Source: Alphaproteobacteria bacterium
GTDB lineage: Bacteria; Pseudomonadota; Alphaproteobacteria; SHVV01
Reading direction: 5' to 3'
DNA: 64,000 nucleotides
Assembly (NCBI GenBank): GCA_965261735.1
Contig: OZ253470.1
Span: 1,920,001 to 1,984,000 of the forward strand
Under the pieces are notes generated by a model, which saw nothing but the letters and a program-made list of their open reading frames with translations, was not told where the DNA came from and searched no databases. Numbering within the stretch: position 1 is the first letter of the stretch; each line of letters opens with the position of its first letter. A program made the position numbers and the translations under genes. Below, one piece after another: positions 49,482 to 59,655 of the stretch.

Positions 49482-50835
49482 TGTATGGACGCCCCCGGTG
49501 TTGCAAGGGGAAAACTGATTTGAATCGGCGGTAGAGCTTGCAGTCATGTATCCGGCCTTTTCGCTGCGGTACGCTGACCGCTGGCCCTGATGGAATCCGA
49601 AAGATCGACGCCCAGTCAGACTAACGAGCTTGATGCTCGGACAATGCCTCGGGTTTGGCCGATCTCGGGTGGAACCCTGTTTCGCCATCAAATCGTCGTC
49701 ACCCTCGCAATTTGATCCCGGTTTGCCAGCTGGCTATGCCGGCGTCGGTCGGTAGATACGCTCGTACCTGAGCAGTGCCCAGGCGACACGGGCTGCCTTA
49801 TTGGCCATGGCGACCAGCACCACGTTTGTCGGCCGCCGCGCCAGGAGCCGGTCGGTCCAGCCAGGCCCCGTGCCCGGCTTGGCGCGGCGCCAGCGCAGCA
49901 CGGTTCGCGCACCATGCACGAGCAAGCGCCTGATATAGCCATCCCCGCGCTTCGATATCCGTCCCAGTCTATCCTTGCCGCCACTCGAGTGCTGCCGGGG
50001 CACGAGACCGAGCCAGGCCGAAAGCTGTCGGCCCGAGCGGAACTGTGCGCCATCGCCGATCGTCGCGACCAGCGCCGTCGCGGTGATGACACCGACGCCG
50101 GGGATCGTCGCAAGACGGCGGCTCGCCTCGTTGGAGCGGTGCCATGCCAAAAGCGTCACTTCCAGCTGCTTGATCCGGGCCTGAGCAGAACGGAGCTGCT
50201 CAACCAGAGAGCCAAGCGCCTCGCGTGCCAGAGGCGGCAGTCGCACATCGCCGGGATCTTCGATAATGGCAACCAGTTCCTCCACCTTCGACGCCCCCTG
50301 AGCGACGATCAGTCCGAACTCCGCACAGTGGCCGCGAAGCGCATTGATCACCATCGTGCGTTGACGGACCAACAGCTCTCGGGCCCGGTGCAGCATCAGA
50401 ACCGACTGCTGCTCGGCGCTTTTCGCCGGTGCAAAGCGCATCGTCGGACGCGTCACTGCCTCACAGATCGCTTCCGCATCCGCTGCGTCGTTCTTATTCG
50501 TTTTGACGAAGGGACGAACGTATTGAGGCGAAATCAGCTGAACTTTGTGCCCGTGTGCTTGCAGTTCCCGAGCCCAATAGTGCGCAGAGGCACAGGCTTC
50601 CATACCGACAAGACAGGATGGCAATCCGGCGAAGAACGCCAGCACCTTCCCGCGGCGCAGCTTCCGCCGTAGTACCGGTCGTCCCTCACCATCAGCACCG
50701 TGAACCTGGAACACCGTCTTTGCCAGATCAAACCCAATTGTCGTAATATCCATCGTGGACGCTCCCTCTGTCTGGGTTGTTCAACACACTCCAGTATGGC
50801 TCATCGTGAAGCCGTAGGGGGCGTCCATACCATCA
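49482..50835 (-). mobile_element. IS110-family (IS1111 group) element, copy 2, inverted relative to copy 1
   Basis: Near-identical reverse complement of 43846-45199; same ends and same bridge-RNA region. Confidence 0.92.
49734..50753 (-). CDS. IS110 recombinase/transposase
   Basis: 339 aa; differs from copy 1 at two visible residues (P/S, L/F). Confidence 0.95.
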   Translation of the reverse strand: MDITTIGFDLAKTVFQVHGADGEGRPVLRRKLRRGKVLAFFAGLPSCLVGMEACASAHYWARELQAHGHKVQLISPQYVRPFVKTNKNDAADAEAICEAVTRPTMRFAPAKSAEQQSVLMLHRARELLVRQRTMVINALRGHCAEFGLIVAQGASKVEELVAIIEDPGDVRLPPLAREALGSLVEQLRSAQARIKQLEVTLLAWHRSNEASRRLATIPGVGVITATALVATIGDGAQFRSGRQLSAWLGLVPRQHSSGGKDRLGRISKRGDGYIRRLLVHGARTVLRWRRAKPGTGPGWTDRLLARRPTNVVLVAMANKAARVAWALLRYERIYRPTPA

Positions 50836-51056
50836 GAGTAAATGGGCTTGAGCTATTACGCTTCAGATTGGGTGGTGCTGTTTCAGTTAGGCTGATAATC
50901 GACGACTAAAGTTTCCTTCCGTGGCGTCTCACGCGGGCGCCAGATAAATCCCCTCTAACCCACTTTCGTTAGCAGCGTTTTCTTTGGTGCGGGGCAGGAT
51001 TTGTTGAAGCCCCTACAATTCGTCGCCCCGTTCAAGTCCCTTTTCGCCCCATCACG

Positions 51057-51935
51057 TCAGGCCAAGGCGGTTTCCAACAAGGCCAGCAACCGGCTCCAGG
51101 CCCGCTCCGCCTGGGCCTCGTTGTACACGGCGGAATCCGGAGGGCACCAGCCGTGCTGGGTGCCCGCGTACACTTCGATCTCTGCCGGCAGCCCGGCGGC
51201 AGCAAAGACCTCGCGCAGCACGTTCTTGGCCTCCGGGTCTTTCCTGTTGTCGTTCTCGGCGATCGCGAACAGATAGTGCGCTCGCATGTTGTCGACGAGC
51301 AGATGAGGGCTGTCGGGTGTATCGGTCACGAGTCTGCCGCCATGAAACGATGCGCCGGCACCTATCCGGCCGGGAAGCGCCGCTGCGGTGCGCATGGTGA
51401 TGGGGCCACCCATGCAGTATCCCATCGTCCCCATCTTCCGATCGCTGGCCACCGCGTCCTGACTGTCGAGGAACCCGACGAAGGCCCTCGCGTCCGTCAC
51501 ATTGGTCTCGGGGCTCAACGAGCGCATCAGGGGAAAGATCTTGTCGCGCGTCACTTTGTCTCGAAACGAGGCGCCCTCCGGCAGGACCGGCGCCTTCATG
51601 GTGCGGTAATAGGGATTGACGACCAGCGCTGCATACCCCGACTCGGCCAGCCGCCGCCCCATCTGCTCGAAGGCGGGCCGCAGGCCGAGCGCATCGGGCC
51701 AGATCAGCACGCCTGGATGGACGCCGCTCGAGGGGTGCACGAAGTGACAGTCCGCCGTGCCGTCGGGCGTCAACACCTCGACATCCCCGGCCGCCACTTC
51801 CAGCGCGTTCGCGGCCCGCGGCAAGAGCATGGCCAGCCCCGTCCCGACCGACAGCGCCGCGAACTCGCGCCGGGTCAGGTTTTTCGGACGGCGCAAGTAG
51901 TCCTCCGCGTCACGGAGTGCTCTCTCGTCGCACAC
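51057..51935 (-). CDS. dienelactone hydrolase family protein with Tat-like signal
   Basis: TRREF twin-arginine motif; GYCMGG nucleophile, SFHGG, HGWC; GGGAGG RBS before GTG. Confidence 0.88.
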   Translation of the reverse strand: MCDERALRDAEDYLRRPKNLTRREFAALSVGTGLAMLLPRAANALEVAAGDVEVLTPDGTADCHFVHPSSGVHPGVLIWPDALGLRPAFEQMGRRLAESGYAALVVNPYYRTMKAPVLPEGASFRDKVTRDKIFPLMRSLSPETNVTDARAFVGFLDSQDAVASDRKMGTMGYCMGGPITMRTAAALPGRIGAGASFHGGRLVTDTPDSPHLLVDNMRAHYLFAIAENDNRKDPEAKNVLREVFAAAGLPAEIEVYAGTQHGWCPPDSAVYNEAQAERAWSRLLALLETALA

Positions 51936-52169
51936 GAGTGCCTCCCATCTCACCATGGTTCGCATTTTAGCCTAACACTTTTTTGCCCAGCAGCACGGCT
52001 CGCGTGGCCGCGTTTCGGCGCGGCGCTCGGGCGGGTGCCGGGATGCCGTAACAGCTCGGACCGAGAGCCGGAGCTCCCACGACCGCGCTCGGCCGCGACG
52101 CAGCCGCCAACGATAGTGCCCATGCGACCGCGTCGCGCGCGTCCACTGTTTTTCGACCCCGACCCTGGG

Positions 52170-52560
52170 GGGGGGGACTCCCCACCATTTGTAAATGGAG
52201 TTTGGCGGCTATTGTGCCCGCCGCTCGATGCCCTGGGTATCGGCTACGCGGCATGGCGTTGCCTTGGGTGTTCGGGATCGAAGGGGGTCTGGTTTTCGAG
52301 CATGGCACAGGCGACGGCGATGAGCCGGTCGGCGACGGATCGCAGGGCACGGGCATGGCCGTGGCCGCGGGCACGGAGGGCGGCGCGTATTTGGCACGGC
52401 TGGTTGGGTCGCGTTGCACGGCGACGCGCGCCCAGTGGTAGACGGCGTCGCGCAAGCGGTTGTGCGCGGCGAGGCGGCGGACAACGATCATGCTCTTGCC
52501 CGAGCGCCGGGTGACCGGGGCGGTGCCGCACAGGCAGCGCAAGGCGACCAGGGCAAGAAA
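52170..52560 (-). mobile_element. degenerate IS110-family 3' remnant
   Basis: GTAPVTRRSGKS..RLRDAVYHWARVA / ALRARGHGHARALRSVADRL..AMLENQTPFDP. Confidence 0.7.
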
Positions 52561-52949
52561 ACGCATTCCGTCCCCCCGGATCACGATGGGCCAACGCCCG
52601 TCCAGCGCGTGCGGTCGGCGCCGTCGCCCCTATGCCGCCGCCGATGGCCCTGGGGCGACCCCGAACGACAGACCTGCACGATGTGGTAATGCCATCCTGA
52701 CGTTGCTCCCGGATCCCGGACCAGGCGGTAAATTAACTGCCGACCTGGAGGGACGAGATGACAAAGCAGACGAGGCGGCGATTTTCGCCGGACCTCGGCT
52801 ATTTCTCTCAATGGGCGGCCGCCGCCCATGCTTGGGCGATCGACGTCTATCTTTCACACCTCTTCGGATGTTGAATTATTGAGGGATGGCGAGACGCGGC
52901 TGCGCATCCCCAAGCGTGTCTGTCGAATGGCTCATGTGCCGAGCCCGGC

Positions 52950-53066
52950 GCAGCTTCGCCAAACTGCGCGATGTGGTCGGGCTCTACGTCGACCCGCCGG
53001 CCAACGCCATCGTGCTCTCGGTCGACGAAAAGTCGCAGATCCAGGCGCTCGACCGCACCCAGCCCG
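52950..53066 (+). mobile_element. IS630 internal fragment
   Basis: [38 protein letters not shown], nearly identical to about 49135-49245. Confidence 0.75.
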
Positions 53067-53238
53067 GTACAGAAATTCGATGTGACCGTAAAAGGTGACG
53101 CGGTGGAACTACAAGTGCCTGCACTGGCATAAGCTAGTTCCGCTGCTTTACGAAACCTTTTTCCGCTTCCAAATATCGCTAAGCGTGGTACCGCGTGGCT
53201 GCTGAGCAAAGGAGGAATAGATGTTCAAGGTTAACGGC

Positions 53239-53472
53239 TCCCTGTTCGGCGAGTGAATTTCCCTGTTCACCCTGGAAAATTCCCTGTTAGGCCAATAATA
53301 ATTCCCTGTTCCGTGGCGTAGGGAATTGGGTCTCGATTCCCTATGATATCAAAGCCTTAGACGGCCCACTCCCGCCGATTTAAGGTCGAATCTGCAATAA
53401 TTCCCTCTATTTTCCCTGTTTAACAGGGAATTGGCGCAGAGACAGGTTCGCAGCAGACTGCGTCCACCGCCA
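53239..53472 (+). repeat. phased TCCCTGTT repeat array ending in a palindrome and a tRNA-3'-like sequence
   Basis: TCCCTGTT at 53239, 53260, 53281, 53303; TTCCCTGTTTAACAGGGAA 53412-53430; GGTTCG..CCACCGCCA. Confidence 0.75.
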
Positions 53473-53799
53473 CACTTAAGTCATTGTTATAGAATGTTTA
53501 TTCAGGACGCTGGATGGATTCGAACTTGTCCCGAAACTTCCGGGGCTGTTCGGGTAGCGGATTGAAGTCCCTATTTCTGCTTCCGTCAAACTCCTGGACC
53601 CGGACCTCGGAAACATCGGTCAATGCGCCCAATTCAGGGTGCTCCTCTAATCGTAGCTCCTCCATGTGGCTTTCACCGTCGTTTCCCGTGAAAATTCGAT
53701 GTATTCCCATAGTGCCCCTCCAGATAACATCCAAATATGTTTGAGTTCTGATCTCCGTCGAGAGTTCCTGTGTAGTGCCATAAACCGCTGAATACAGCC

Positions 53800-53962
53800 T
53801 TATTTCGCAAGGCCTAACAACCGTTTGGCGTACATGAGGCCGAGCCAAGTCTGGGCGTCGGCAAGTCCCTGCTCGGCAGCTAGGCGATACCACTTCAACG
53901 CCTCAGCGTAGTCCTGGGTGACGCCCCGGCCGTTGTCGTACATGAAGCCGAGGTTGTACATG
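53800..53962 (-). pseudogene. Sel1-like repeat gene fragment
   Basis: AMYNLGFMYDNGRGVTQDYAEALKWYRLAAEQGLADAQ. Confidence 0.75.
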
Positions 53963-54147
53963 GCGAAACGGCGGCGGTCGGTTGTACTGCGTCGACCTGA
54001 TTCCGAGTGCCGGCCACCCTCAGCAGACGGTATAGGTGCCACGTCGGTTCTGCGGGGAGCTACGTTCGGCCGATTGGGTGGTGCGCATGTCGCCCAACAT
54101 CAGGCACCTTGAACCGAGCTTAATCGTACATTCTGGAAAGAGAGTCT

Positions 54148-55593
54148 ATGTCACCCACCAACGTCCTGTTCATCACATCCGATGAGCACAATCGAGACAT
54201 CGCGGGCTGCTATGGCAACACGCTTGTGAAGACGCCCAACCTCGATGCCTTGGCTGAACGCGGGACGCTGTTCACCAACGCCTACACCAACAGTCCAATC
54301 TGCGTGCCGGCGCGTGCAAGTTTCGCCACCGGCCGCTACGTCCACCAGATACGTTGCTGGGACAACGGCAATCCCTACGATGGCCAGTGGCCCTCGTGGG
54401 GGCACCGTCTCATGGACTCGGGTCATCAGGTCACGTCGATCGGCAAGCTTCACTACCGGTCAGCGGACGATGACAACGGCTTTGTCGAGGAAGTTCTACC
54501 TCTCCATGTCGTCGATGGAATTGGCGATGCCCGCGGCCTTTTGCGAAAAGACATGTCGCGGCGAACGACGGCCAGCAACTTCGCTGAGCGAGTGGGCCGC
54601 GGAGGCTCAAGCTACTCCGACTACGATCGCAGCATTGCTGATGCGGCCAGCGGATGGCTCAACGAAGAAGCACCGCGGCATACAGACAAGCCGTGGGCAC
54701 TTTATGTCTCGTTTGTCACGCCCCATTATCCCTTGATCGCGCCGGACGAATATTTCGATCTCTACGATCCAGACGAGATGCCAATGCCTCGAATGTACAG
54801 CGCAGCAGAGCGCCCTCGACACCCCGTGATCGATACCCAACGGCGTATCTGGAACTATGACGATTACTTTGATGAGGAGCGTGTCCGACTTGCCGTCGCC
54901 GCCTATTACGGCCTTTGCAGTTTCATGGACTCCTGCATTGGCCGTGTTCTCGCAGCGTTGGATGACTGCGGCCTTCGTGACTCAACCACAGTGATCTACT
55001 CGAGCGACCACGGTGAGAATCTTGGCAATAAGGGGTTATGGGGGAAGTCGGTGCTGTACGAAGACTCGACCGCCGTTCCTCTCATCATGGCCGGTCCGAG
55101 TGTGTCGGAGGGAAAACGTGTCTCCGCGCCCGTGTCGTTGGTGGATATCTACCCGACTATCATCGAGTGTACCGGGGAGGAGGACGCTCCGGACGAAGCC
55201 CCAAGACCAGGCACGTCTTTGCTATCCGTCGCTGCCGGTGACGTTCCGGAGCGTACGGTCCTCAGCGAATACCACGCTTCGGGTTCGATAACGGGTGAGT
55301 TCATGTTACGGGTCGGCCGCTGGAAATATCATTACTATGTCGGCTACGAGCCGCAGCTATTCGACCTGGAAACCGATCCTCATGAAACCGTGGACTTGGC
55401 GGCCGATCCGGAGCATGCCGAGACACTGGCAATGTGTGAAGTTGAGCTCCGCAAGGTCGTGGACCCAGAAGCCGCAAACGACCTCGCTTTCCAGGATCAG
55501 GCAGCAAAGATCGAGGCGCTTGGCGGTCTCGATGTTATCTCCCAGCGGCAAGAGCACGGCTACACCCCCGCCCCCGGTCAGCCGATCGAGTAG
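54148..55593 (+). CDS. formylglycine-dependent sulfatase (choline-sulfatase-like)
   Basis: NVLFITSDEH, CVPAR (CxPxR), GKLH, PHYP, SDHGE. Confidence 0.92.
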   Translation: MSPTNVLFITSDEHNRDIAGCYGNTLVKTPNLDALAERGTLFTNAYTNSPICVPARASFATGRYVHQIRCWDNGNPYDGQWPSWGHRLMDSGHQVTSIGKLHYRSADDDNGFVEEVLPLHVVDGIGDARGLLRKDMSRRTTASNFAERVGRGGSSYSDYDRSIADAASGWLNEEAPRHTDKPWALYVSFVTPHYPLIAPDEYFDLYDPDEMPMPRMYSAAERPRHPVIDTQRRIWNYDDYFDEERVRLAVAAYYGLCSFMDSCIGRVLAALDDCGLRDSTTVIYSSDHGENLGNKGLWGKSVLYEDSTAVPLIMAGPSVSEGKRVSAPVSLVDIYPTIIECTGEEDAPDEAPRPGTSLLSVAAGDVPERTVLSEYHASGSITGEFMLRVGRWKYHYYVGYEPQLFDLETDPHETVDLAADPEHAETLAMCEVELRKVVDPEAANDLAFQDQAAKIEALGGLDVISQRQEHGYTPAPGQPIE

Positions 55594-55649
55594 TCGGAAC
55601 CGGAGGCCACCCCCATCCGGCTCAGCGTCGCCCAAGAAAGGAAACGGCA

Positions 55650-55740
55650 ATGGATGAGATCAGCGTCGGGTTTATCGAGAAAGCCAAAACCTCAGACGTG
55701 CGGGCCAGGCTCGTCGAATACCACGGCCGGCCGCATGCCC
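55650..55740 (+). pseudogene. possible 5' fragment of a PC4/YdbC-like ssDNA-binding gene
   Basis: AAGGA RBS; MDEISVGFIEKAKTSDVRARLVEYHGRP then loses similarity. Confidence 0.3.
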
Positions 55741-56231
55741 TGGCTCAACTCTCGGTCGGCAAAACGGAAACATGTTTCCGATGTGCGGCCTCTCGTCGAC
55801 CTTACTGAAGGGGCGGCTGGCCCAAACCCGGCTAACGACGAGCCCAGTACCGGAGTTCGCCCATTCGCCTAACGATGAGGCCAATAATAGACCTGCGGAC
55901 ACGATGTCCGCAGGTGAGACCGAATACCAGCGGGCGTTGGCTGAAACCGGGCTAGATGAACGGATTGCGCGGCGCTAGCAGGTAATATCGCATTGCCCGC
56001 AGGCCGGCGACGGCGCCGATCTTGTCGGGGGTATCCCCGCCATCCGACGCAGACCTTCCGGAAAGTTTCCGGGAGGTTGCCTCCGCTGCCACTGCCGGCC
56101 CCAACGCCCGTCGGATTGCATCGATCTCGGTCGGAAGGAAGTCCTTGCGGATGGCATTCTCCGCGTATCGCGAACGTCATCGCCAGTTCGGGAGCTTTTG
56201 GTGTCAGAGCCACCCCGAGGACGCAATTCTA

Positions 56232-57380
56232 GTGGATTGATCGGAACGAAAGAGTCCGATTTGAGATTCCGTATTGTGCGGTGTCATGCGAGTCTGTGCT
56301 ATGCGCACCGGCATCCATTTTACTGTCACGTCTGGCGACCGTCAGCGATTGCAAGCTATCGTCGCGGACCCGAAGAGCTCGCAGAAACATGTCTGGCGGG
56401 CGCGGATCATCCTGAAGAGCGACGAGGGGCTCGGGAACTCGTCGATCATGGCCGAGACCGGCAAGTCCAAGACCTGTGTCTGGCGCTGGCAGGAGCGGTT
56501 CATGCACGAGGGTGTCAACGGCTTGCTTCGCGACAGGTCCCGTCCGCCTGGCAAAGCGCCGATCCCGCCGGAGCGCGTCGCCGAGATCGTCCGCCTGACC
56601 CAGCAAGCGCCGCCGCACGAGGCGACCCACTGGACGCTGCGCGCGATGGCGAAGGTTGCTGGCGTCGCGGCGTCGACGGTCCAAGCGATCTGGAAGGCCC
56701 ATGGCCTCAGCCCGCACCGCTGGCGGCACTTCAAGCTCTCCAATGATCCCGCCTTCGCCGAGAAGCTCACAGATATCGTCGGCTTGTATGTCGATCCGCC
56801 GGCCCATGCCGTGGTGCTGTCGGTTGATGAGAAATCACAGATCCAGGCGCTCGACCGCACCCAACCCGGCTTGCCGATGAAGAAGGGCCGCGCCGGTACG
56901 ATGACCTATGATTACAAACGGCATGGCACGACGACGCTGTTCGCCGCGCTCAACGTGCTGGACGGTACGGTCATCGCACAGAACATGCAGCGCCACCGCC
57001 ATCAGGAGTTCATCCGCTTCCTCAACCGCATCGAGCGCGAGGTGCCGACGGACAAGGCCGTCCACGTCATCCTCGACAACTACGCCGCGCACAAGAAGGA
57101 CAAGGTCCGCGCCTGGCTCGCCCGCCATCCACGCTGGACCTTCCACTTCACGCCAACCTCGTGCTCGTGGCTCAATGCCGTCGAGGGCTTCTTCGCCAAA
57201 CTAACGCGGCGCAGGCTCAAATACGGCGTCTTCCAATCCGTCGTCGACCTTCAGGACGCCATCAACCGATTTGTCCGCGAATACAATGACGCAAACCCAA
57301 AACCCTTCATCTGGAAAGCCGACCCCGATCATATCATCGCCGCACGAAACAGAGGGTTCCAAACGTTGGAATCAATCCAC
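56232..57380 (+). mobile_element. complete IS630-family element
   Basis: TIR GTGGATTGAT / ATCAATCCAC, flanked by TA within CTAG on both sides. Confidence 0.9.
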
Positions 57381-57383
57381 TAG
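56301..57383 (+). CDS. IS630 transposase
   Basis: [25 protein letters not shown] (DDE). Confidence 0.93.
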   Translation: MRTGIHFTVTSGDRQRLQAIVADPKSSQKHVWRARIILKSDEGLGNSSIMAETGKSKTCVWRWQERFMHEGVNGLLRDRSRPPGKAPIPPERVAEIVRLTQQAPPHEATHWTLRAMAKVAGVAASTVQAIWKAHGLSPHRWRHFKLSNDPAFAEKLTDIVGLYVDPPAHAVVLSVDEKSQIQALDRTQPGLPMKKGRAGTMTYDYKRHGTTTLFAALNVLDGTVIAQNMQRHRHQEFIRFLNRIEREVPTDKAVHVILDNYAAHKKDKVRAWLARHPRWTFHFTPTSCSWLNAVEGFFAKLTRRRLKYGVFQSVVDLQDAINRFVREYNDANPKPFIWKADPDHIIAARNRGFQTLESIH

Positions 57384-57585
57384 GCCCCTCTACGGCCTTC
57401 CCAGTGACTTTCTATGTTCCTAGACTGTTCTCGTGGGCAGGCGGGGCCGCTACAAGAGCATTCTGGGCAATTCAATCAAACTACAGCGCTTGCGGGCGCA
57501 TCTCTGACGTAGCTCCCGCTTAACAAACGGGGTGGCATTGCTGCGCCCGTAAAGGTTCGGTCGGGCCGGTATAGGTCGACGTTGG

Positions 57586-58196
57586 GTGCGCCAGGCTAAC
57601 TGGTGCCAGTGCAGCCGGTGAGAGTCCGGCAGGAAGGAGAAGGCAAGCCACCACTTCCACCCCGAGTCATGGGCCGTCATTCGCGAGGATGGGGGTTAAG
57701 CGTTGACAGGGGCGCGTGTGGGCGGGGCTATTGAGCACCGAAATAGACCATGTTCGGGATGCCGAAGCTGACCAATGGGCTGAAGGCAACATCTGACCCA
57801 CCGATATGGCGAGGGGGGCCAGAATCCCGCGGTGTCTAAGAATCCAGGCACGCACGTACGCACTGCACCGGGACCTGGGAGGTCTCCATGCCATCCCGCT
57901 GCCGTGGCGGGATCGCAGAGGAAAGGAGTAATCCACAACCGATGATGAACGGCATGGAGAAGTCAGACTCGGTAATAGTAGCTGTGAAGTCGGTGAACAA
58001 AGGGACGCCCGTCCCGGCGGAGCCGATGGAGCCAAGGACCGAGCCCAAGGGGAATCCGAAAAGCCAAAGCATGCGCCGGACACAGGACCGGGAAAGCGTG
58101 TCACAGGCGGCCGATCGGATACGGCAGTTTGTACAACGGGAACCAGGGATGCGTCTCACGGCGCTTCTCCACCATATCACGGTCGACGCGCTGCGC
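57586..58196 (+). mobile_element. group II intron 5' fragment (ribozyme 5' domains + RT N-terminus)
   Basis: Starts GTGCG; AGCCGGTGAGAGTCCGGC, GAAGGCAAC, GAAGTCAGAC elements; MMNGMEKSD..RLTALLHHI IEP N-terminus. Confidence 0.8.
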
Positions 58197-58525
58197 GAGC
58201 GGCAGCACGCCCGTGCGGAGCGGGAACGGGCGCGGGCGGACGCGGCCGAAGCACGCTGTGAAGAGCTGCGCCGGTCAGATGTGGATGCTCGTTCCCGGGC
58301 GGGTTCTTTCAAGTGGCAGCTCGACAGCTGTCGGGGCAAGCTGGAGGCGTCCCGCGTCGAGGTGAAGGAACTGCGTCGCGCGGTGAAGGCCGCGCAATCA
58401 TCGAAGGCGGAAGTGACGCGGTTTGAGCAGCGGCCTTCGGAATCCCGCATTGAGGCCGCCAGGCAGCCCCCGGTTGTGTCGCTCACGGAGGTCAACCAGC
58501 TGCGCAAGGCTCTGAAGGTGGCGCA
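58197..58525 (+). pseudogene. coiled-coil fragment, possibly the N-terminus of an IS66-type transposase
   Basis: ARAERERARADAAEARCEELRR..ARSRAGSFKWQL heptad-rich segment; family call tentative. Confidence 0.35.
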
Positions 58526-58801
58526 GGGCACCGGGTGGTCCTCGTCCAGCGCGCCCTCGGCGGCCAGCGCCTGCATCGCAGCCAACCGCCGTCCGCCGGC
58601 GATCACCGCGTAGCGCGCGACACAATCGGTGCCGGGTTCCATGGCGCGGGCAATCAGGTTCTCGAGCAGCCCGTGGGCGGCGATCGAGGCCTTGAGTTCG
58701 GTGAAGGCCGAAGCATCGGCCGGCGTCTTGCGCACATTGCCGGGCGAGAGTTCGAGTTGGGACAGCGGGATGTTGCGGATATCGCGGTCGGGGTCGTGCA
58801 T
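58526..58801 (-). pseudogene. 5' fragment of a ParB paralog of 6154-8712
   Basis: IPLSQLELSPGNVRKTPADASAFTELKASI..DEDHPVPC, highly similar to about 8435-8712. Confidence 0.85.
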
Positions 58802-58999
58802 GTCGGTCTCCGGGATTGCGTGAATGCGGAACCGGGCGGGGACACCCTCTTCGGCATCCGCCCTCGCCCGCCTTCGGCTCAAGCTCTGGCTCTCGCCGGC
58901 GTAACGGAACCGGATGGAGCCGGAACGGCTGGACCGCGCAAGGACAGTTGAATCGATCGCCGCCGTTCCAGCGCCGGGCAGGCCGCCATGGGCAGGCGC

Positions 59000-59480
59000 G
59001 GTGCTGGTTCGATACCCGCCACGAGCCGTCGGGCTGGCGGCAGGCGCTGCCGTGGGCTTGCCCGGTGCGCCCGCCGGCGGTCGCGGTGAGTTGGTATTCC
59101 CTGCAGTAGATTCCGGCGGCCGATCTGTAGGTGCGGGTCGGTGTAATCGCCCCTGCGTTACCGGTTTCGGGATTGCGCCAGCACGAGGGCACCCCGCTTG
59201 GACGGGTTTCCAGCAACGCTTGCCGTCTGCGGGCCGCATACAGCTTGTCGAGCGAGGCGCCGATCTCACCACCGGGAAACGACCCCGCCATGGTTCCTGC
59301 CACGGTGGCCCCGATCCCGAGCTTGCCGCTTCCAACCGTGGATCCGAGCACGCGCGGGCGACTCCGCCGAGCTACGCCATCCGTTTCACGCCATGATCGC
59401 CGGTCATGTAACCGGCGAGAAACAGCGCCGCGATTACCGCGATCGCCGTCCCGATCGCCGCCGTCTTCGAATGGGTCAAT
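59000..59480 (-). pseudogene. degenerate RT0821/Lpp0805-like gene, second copy
   Basis: GEIGASLDK..WRNPETGNAGAITPTRTY..YCREYQ..GSACRQPDGSWRV with stops/frameshifts. Confidence 0.7.
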
Positions 59481-59655
59481 CGAGGGCTCCCGGCGGGGCG
59501 GCGAGAGCCGTTCTCTCGCCCTCGTTCCCGCCGCCCGAAAGGCCCCGGCCTCATTCTCTCGCCGGCGCGCCAGGTTCTCGCGGTGGCAGCGCGTCCGTAG
59601 TGTAACTTTCTGCTTGTGGACCGCTGCCCGGATCGACGCCCGGGTCTGCCGAGGC

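Noticed and set aside
53239-53430. CRISPR array
   Set aside because: Repeats are only about 8-10 bp with about 13-bp gaps, and there are no cas genes.
57888-58613. Retron, DGR or defence reverse transcriptase
   Set aside because: Only an intron-encoded protein N-terminus; no YxDD motif.
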